Shown: positions 59,710 to 64,000 of the stretch, in pieces
Position numbering within the stretch: the stretch's first letter is position 1
Layout of the letters: each line of letters opens with the position of its first letter
DNA from: an uncultured Chlamydiales bacterium
Lineage (GTDB): Bacteria > Chlamydiota > Chlamydiia > Chlamydiales > Rhabdochlamydiaceae
DNA length: 64,000 nucleotides
Direction of reading: 5' to 3'
Assembly (NCBI GenBank): GCA_963700985.1
Contig: OY969554.1
Location: 1,920,001 to 1,984,000 of the forward strand
Translations under genes and position numbers: made by a program
Notes under the pieces: generated by a model
The model's input: only the letters and a program-made list of their open reading frames with translations
What the model was told of the DNA's origin: nothing
The model's database searches: none

Positions 59710-60015
59710 ATGTATAGAAAGCCCACTTCCCCAGGAGAAATTCTTAGCGAGGAGTTTTTAAAGCCTTTGGAAATAAGCCAGAAGGATCTTGCTGAACACT
59801 TGGGTTGTGATTACAAGGTGATTAATCGAATTATAAACGAGAAATCCAGTGTGACGCCTGAGATGGCTATTAAACTTAGCGGGGCTTTCAACACAACACC
59901 AGATTTTTGGTTGAATGCTCAAATGGCGATGGATTTGTGGGCGCTTCGCTCACCAAAAGTAAAGATTCGTCCTCTATTCAGAGTCAAACGTAGAGCAAAA
60001 ACATCTCGTCTATAA
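59710..60015 (+). CDS. higA: HigA antitoxin
   Basis: PGEILSEEFLKPL, VTPEMAIKL, FWLNAQ. Confidence 0.92.
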   Translation: MYRKPTSPGEILSEEFLKPLEISQKDLAEHLGCDYKVINRIINEKSSVTPEMAIKLSGAFNTTPDFWLNAQMAMDLWALRSPKVKIRPLFRVKRRAKTSRL

Positions 60016-60062
60016 AATTGCTGCCTTGGACTGCTGAAATTTTTTGGTAAATCATTTACAGG

Positions 60063-60137
60063 ATAAGCAGGATCGGCGCAAAGCGCCGGCACGATATACC
60101 CAGCAGGATATACAAGATGTCCTGCCAGGATTTTAGG
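60063..60137. repeat. 29-bp hairpin repeat copy 2 followed by 37-bp hairpin repeat copy 1
   Basis: 60063-60091 is identical to 47681-47709; 60101-60137 matches 61116-61152 with 3 mismatches. Confidence 0.8.
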
Positions 60138-60157
60138 GCTGCGCAAATGAAGAAGAA

Positions 60158-60991
60158 TTAGTAGAGCTTAATGTCATGAACCTTTTTCCAGCTTTCTATG
60201 CCTTTTAAAATACATGAGTAATCTACTTCATCCATCATCAAAGCAAGACAGGCTTCTTCATAATTACTTCTGTTAGGAGCCGGTAATCTATCATGATTCA
60301 CCAACGAATACTTATCGTGTATGTATATGCCCACATTACCTGTATTGAGAAGAGCTTGTAAATCTTGCTTCCACTCGGCCTTTAATTCCGCGGAAATCGG
60401 TAGCTCGAAAGCCTTTACGGCCCATTTGTCTTCAAAAGCAGTTATTTTTGGAAGGCATTTAGGAACTATTAAAAGTCCCATTTGAAGCATCACATATTGA
60501 CCTACTACTTGGTGCAATGCTATCTCGACCACTTCATTGAGATCGTCATGTGGCGGAGTGAAAGGTCTCATGTAGTCAATAAGACCTTGTTTAATTTTAT
60601 TACGAAGCGTCTCAGGAAAGGCGGCTATTTCGTTTTTCCATTCTTCTTTTTGTAATGGAGTAGGGCCTAACTGATTTATTCGCAAAGCAAGTGCTTCCCA
60701 CTTCTTCACAAAGTTTTCTAAAACGTCTAACTCATCGACTGGCTGTTGAACGCTTCCAAAAATGCTTGCGAAAACGCTTGCAATTGCAGACCAGCAGCTA
60801 GATAGGGCGCTCCAAATAATGTCGCCCAACGATTTCAGAGAAGTACAGCAGCAGTTATCTTCAGCAACACAAGATGAAAAAATCGTCGAAATACACGAGC
60901 TATTGTTGGTTGGGGTAGCTTGACCTGGTTGTGGAGCCTCGCCGATTGTATGAGGAGCTCTTCTATCTACTGGACCTGTTGCTGTTGCCAT
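60158..60991 (-). CDS. Hypothetical protein, tandem paralog family B, copy 2 (candidate T3S effector)
   Basis: 277 aa; first ~80 aa nearly identical to the neighbour; Ser/Thr/Pro-rich then Cys-rich amphipathic N-terminus. Confidence 0.8.
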   Translation of the reverse strand: MATATGPVDRRAPHTIGEAPQPGQATPTNNSSCISTIFSSCVAEDNCCCTSLKSLGDIIWSALSSCWSAIASVFASIFGSVQQPVDELDVLENFVKKWEALALRINQLGPTPLQKEEWKNEIAAFPETLRNKIKQGLIDYMRPFTPPHDDLNEVVEIALHQVVGQYVMLQMGLLIVPKCLPKITAFEDKWAVKAFELPISAELKAEWKQDLQALLNTGNVGIYIHDKYSLVNHDRLPAPNRSNYEEACLALMMDEVDYSCILKGIESWKKVHDIKLY

Positions 60992-61115
60992 AATTTGTTG
61001 CCTATTTTAATGATTTTTGTAAAAAACATATTAATAATAGCATATTTTCTAAATAAGTTTCAATCGACGATTTTGTGCTATTAAAATATTTAATATATGT
61101 TTGCTGACGGAGCGT

Positions 61116-61152
61116 CAGCAGGACATACGAGATGTCCTGCCAGAATTTTAGG
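61116..61152. repeat. 37-bp hairpin repeat, copy 2
   Basis: GCAGGACAT-ACGAG-ATGTCCTGC perfect stem, just downstream of the 61159 stop. Confidence 0.75.
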
Positions 61153-61158
61153 ACTCAC

Positions 61159-61950
61159 TTAGGAGGTTTCGTAATACTCTTTCCATCTTCCTAAGCTGAG
61201 AGCAATGAGTGGGTAGTTCATCTCATCTTTCATCAAGGCAATACAAGCTTCTCTGTGCTTGATGTCATTATGAGCCGGTAATTTAGCAACATTTTCATGA
61301 GAATATGTACTATATAGGAAAGTGCTAAGATCGCTTGTATCGAGAAGAATCTGTAAATCGTTTGCCCATTCGGCCTTCACGTTTGCAGAAATCGGTAGCT
61401 GAAGCGCCTTTACTTTCCACTTGTCTTCAAAGGCAGTTACTTTTGGAAGGCATTGAGGGATCATCAAAAGATTTATTTGATGCATCACTTCATTACCTGC
61501 TACTACTTGCATAGCTTCCTCTGCTACTTCTAAGTCGTCGATAAGAGCTTGCTTAATTTTATTACGAAGTGTTTCTGGAAGGGCGGCTATTTCGTCTTTC
61601 CATTCTTCTTCTTGTAATGGAGTAGCACCATTTGAATTTATACGCGAAGCGAGTGGTTCCCACTTATTCAGAAGATTTTGTAAAGCTTGTAAGTCTTTAG
61701 AGGATTGAGAGCCTCCAAAAATGCTTGCGAAGATGCTTGCAATCGCAGACCAGCAGCTAGATAGGGCGCTCCAAATAATGTCGCCCAACGATTTCAGAGA
61801 AGTGCAGCAGCAGTTATCTTCAGCAACACAAGATGAAAAAATTGTCGAAATGCACGAGCTATTGTTGGTTGGAGGAACTTGATCTGGTTGTGGAGTCTCG
61901 CTGATTATATGAGGAGCTCTTCTATCTACTGGACCTGTTGTTGTTGCCAT
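61159..61950 (-). CDS. Hypothetical protein, tandem paralog family B, copy 1 (candidate T3S effector)
   Basis: 263 aa paralog of 60158-60991; upstream ~100 bp also duplicated. Confidence 0.8.
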   Translation of the reverse strand: MATTTGPVDRRAPHIISETPQPDQVPPTNNSSCISTIFSSCVAEDNCCCTSLKSLGDIIWSALSSCWSAIASIFASIFGGSQSSKDLQALQNLLNKWEPLASRINSNGATPLQEEEWKDEIAALPETLRNKIKQALIDDLEVAEEAMQVVAGNEVMHQINLLMIPQCLPKVTAFEDKWKVKALQLPISANVKAEWANDLQILLDTSDLSTFLYSTYSHENVAKLPAHNDIKHREACIALMKDEMNYPLIALSLGRWKEYYETS

Positions 61951-62059
61951 AATTTGTTGCCTATCTTAATGAATTTCGTAAAAAACATATTAATAATAGC
62001 ATATTTCCTAAATCAGCTTCAATCGATGCTTTTGTAGTATTAAAATCTTTAATAGGATA

Positions 62060-62118
62060 TTTGGTGCCGAGCCAAGCCTCGGCGAAGAAAAGCGGCGACA
62101 AGTCGCGCGCACTCCAAA
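62060..62118. repeat. REP-like palindromic element remnant
   Basis: TTTGG...GCCGAG-N6-CTCGGC...AAAGCGGCGACAAGTCGCGCGCACTCCAAA; GC-rich twin hairpins in an AT-rich spacer. Confidence 0.45.
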
Positions 62119-62148
62119 AAGAAAAGGGGGCGCTTTTGGCGCCCCCTT
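62116..62148 (-). terminator. Rho-independent terminator of dnaK
   Basis: AAGGGGGCGC-TTTTG-GCGCCCCCTT with a + strand A-run on the downstream side. Confidence 0.85.
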
Positions 62149-62175
62149 AGGGAAAATGCGAGAGTAATCTAGAGA

Positions 62176-64000
62176 TTACTTCTTTTCTTCGTCGAGGATC
62201 TCAACTTCGGCTTCTTCGATATCTGCTTTTCCAGATTCGGGCTTCTTATTCTTTCTCAGTGCATCCATGGTCGTGTTATGCACAGGACCGCTCTGAGCGC
62301 CTTCAGCTGGGCCTTGCTTTTGCATCGCCTCGCCGATCTTCTGCATGTGCGTATTCAGCTCTTCTGTCGCGGCCTTAATGGCAGCGATATCATCGCCTTC
62401 AAGCGTCTTTTTCAATGCATCGATCTTGCCTTGCACATTATCCTTTACCTCTTGAGGTAAGCGATCTTTGTGCTCATCTAAGGCTTTCTGAGCGCGGAAA
62501 GCGAGCGAGTCAGCCTCGTTTTTCGCTTCGATGCTCTCTTTTTTCAGCTTATCTTCTTCAGCGTGCTCTTCAGCGTCTTTAAGCATGCGCTTGATCTCGT
62601 TCTCATTTAAGCCAGACTTGGCTTCGATACGGATCTTCTGCTGCTTGCCCGACTGCATGTCTTTAGCAGATACATGCAAGATACCGTCAGCATCGATGTC
62701 AAAAGCCACTTCAATTTGAGGCATGCCTCTTGGCGCAGGTGGGATATCAGTTAGATCGAAACGGCCGATCTCTTTGTTATCCTTAGCCATCTTACGCTCA
62801 CCTTGAAGCACGACGATCGTCACCGCAGGCTGATTGTCAGCTGCAGTTGAGAAGACCTGCTTCTTCTGAGTTGGGATGGTTGTATTGCGCTCAACCAGCG
62901 GTGTTAGAACTCCACCTAGTGTCTCAATCCCGAGTGTAAGTGGGATTACGTCCAGGAGAAGAACGTCTTTCACTTCGCCACCGAGAACGCCACCTTGAAT
63001 CGCCGCGCCGATAGCTACGACTTCATCAGGGTTAACGCCTTTATGCGGCTCTCTACCGAAAATCTCGGCTACTTTTTTCTCAACTGAAGGCATACGGCTC
63101 ATGCCGCCGACTAAGATTACTTCGTCGATCTGGCTCGCTGCGAGGCCCGCATCTTTCAGAGCCTTAAGGCAAGGCTCTTTGGTGCGCTCAATGAGTGCGT
63201 GAACAAGGCTTTCGAGCTTAGCGCGTGTTAGTGTGAGCGCTAAGTGTTTTGGGCCAGATGCATCCATGGTGATAAATGGCTGATTGATCTCTGTAGACTG
63301 TGTGCCCGAGAGTTCAATTTTAGCTTTTTCAGCCGCATCGCGTAGGCGTTGCAGTGCCATCTTATCTTTGCTAAGGTCGATGCTCTGATCGCGCTTAAAC
63401 TCGTCTAGCATCCAGTGCAAGATCGCGTTATCAAAGTCATCTCCGCCAAGGTGGGTATCGCCGTTGGTAGATAACACTTCAAAAACGCCATCGCCGATCT
63501 CGAGAATCGAGATATCAAATGTACCGCCGCCTAAGTCGAAGACTGCGATTTTTTTATCCGCTTGCTTATCGAGACCATAAGCTAAGGCAGCTGCCGTAGG
63601 CTCAGGAATAATACGCTTAACATCGAGGCCAGCAATTCGGCCAGCATCTTTGGTCGACTGTCTTTGTGAGTCGTTAAAGTAAGCAGGAACGGTGATCACA
63701 GCTTCGGTGACTTTTTCACCGAGATAGGCTTCGGCTGTCTCTTTCATTTTGACTAGCACTTGTGCGCCTACTTCTTCTGGGGTGACGATTTTTCCATCGA
63801 TTTCAAAAACCGCATCGCCATTAGAATTCTGAGTCACTTTGTAAGGCACAGTTTTGATCTCGCCTTGCACTTCCGCGTATTTACGTCCGATAAAACGTTT
63901 AGCTGAATAGACGGTGCGCTCAGGGTTAGTTACCGATTGTCTTTTTGCAGGGATACCTACAAGGCGCTCTTCGCCTTTATAAGAGACAATCGAAGGTGTT
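62176..64000 (-). CDS. dnaK: Molecular chaperone DnaK (5' end outside window)
   Basis: Frame open to the window end ([17 protein letters not shown]); [32 protein letters not shown]. Confidence 0.97.
   Translation of the reverse strand, partial: TPSIVSYKGEERLVGIPAKRQSVTNPERTVYSAKRFIGRKYAEVQGEIKTVPYKVTQNSNGDAVFEIDGKIVTPEEVGAQVLVKMKETAEAYLGEKVTEAVITVPAYFNDSQRQSTKDAGRIAGLDVKRIIPEPTAAALAYGLDKQADKKIAVFDLGGGTFDISILEIGDGVFEVLSTNGDTHLGGDDFDNAILHWMLDEFKRDQSIDLSKDKMALQRLRDAAEKAKIELSGTQSTEINQPFITMDASGPKHLALTLTRAKLESLVHALIERTKEPCLKALKDAGLAASQIDEVILVGGMSRMPSVEKKVAEIFGREPHKGVNPDEVVAIGAAIQGGVLGGEVKDVLLLDVIPLTLGIETLGGVLTPLVERNTTIPTQKKQVFSTAADNQPAVTIVVLQGERKMAKDNKEIGRFDLTDIPPAPRGMPQIEVAFDIDADGILHVSAKDMQSGKQQKIRIEAKSGLNENEIKRMLKDAEEHAEEDKLKKESIEAKNEADSLAFRAQKALDEHKDRLPQEVKDNVQGKIDALKKTLEGDDIAAIKAATEELNTHMQKIGEAMQKQGPAEGAQSGPVHNTTMDALRKNKKPESGKADIEEAEVEILDEEKK

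Noticed and set aside
47681-61152. CRISPR array from the 29-bp and 37-bp hairpin repeats
   Set aside because: Copies are 1-12 kb apart with no regular spacers and no cas genes.

Overview
Chromosomal window from an environmental chlamydia (phylum Chlamydiota). The assignment rests on the NTT ATP/ADP translocase, ytgABCD with a fused DtxR-like repressor, and chlamydial gene orders (bactofilin-dnaA-T3S chaperone-mraZ-rsmH-ftsL-ftsI-murE-amiA; gnd-lepA-ntt-ddbA-ytg-dxr-rseP; clpC-lipoate ligase-gcvH). Accessory genes are inserted one by one into this backbone. There are five toxin-antitoxin loci: two AbiE type IV pairs, one intact HigBA, a frameshifted yafQ and a RelE-like toxin that looks internally deleted. 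Candidate host-directed effectors include a USP-type deubiquitinase with an Inc-like hydrophobic N-terminus, an F-box-like/ankyrin protein, a tail-anchored kinase-like protein, an alpha/beta hydrolase and two tandem paralog families. There is also a 246-bp MITE and several short structured repeats. The strongest novelty candidate is an AbiEi antitoxin fused to a trypsin-like serine protease with His/Asp/Ser motifs, upstream of an AbiEii toxin. Other leads are the USP effector and rsmH split at a T9 slippery run. All calls come from reading motifs by eye; no database searches were run.
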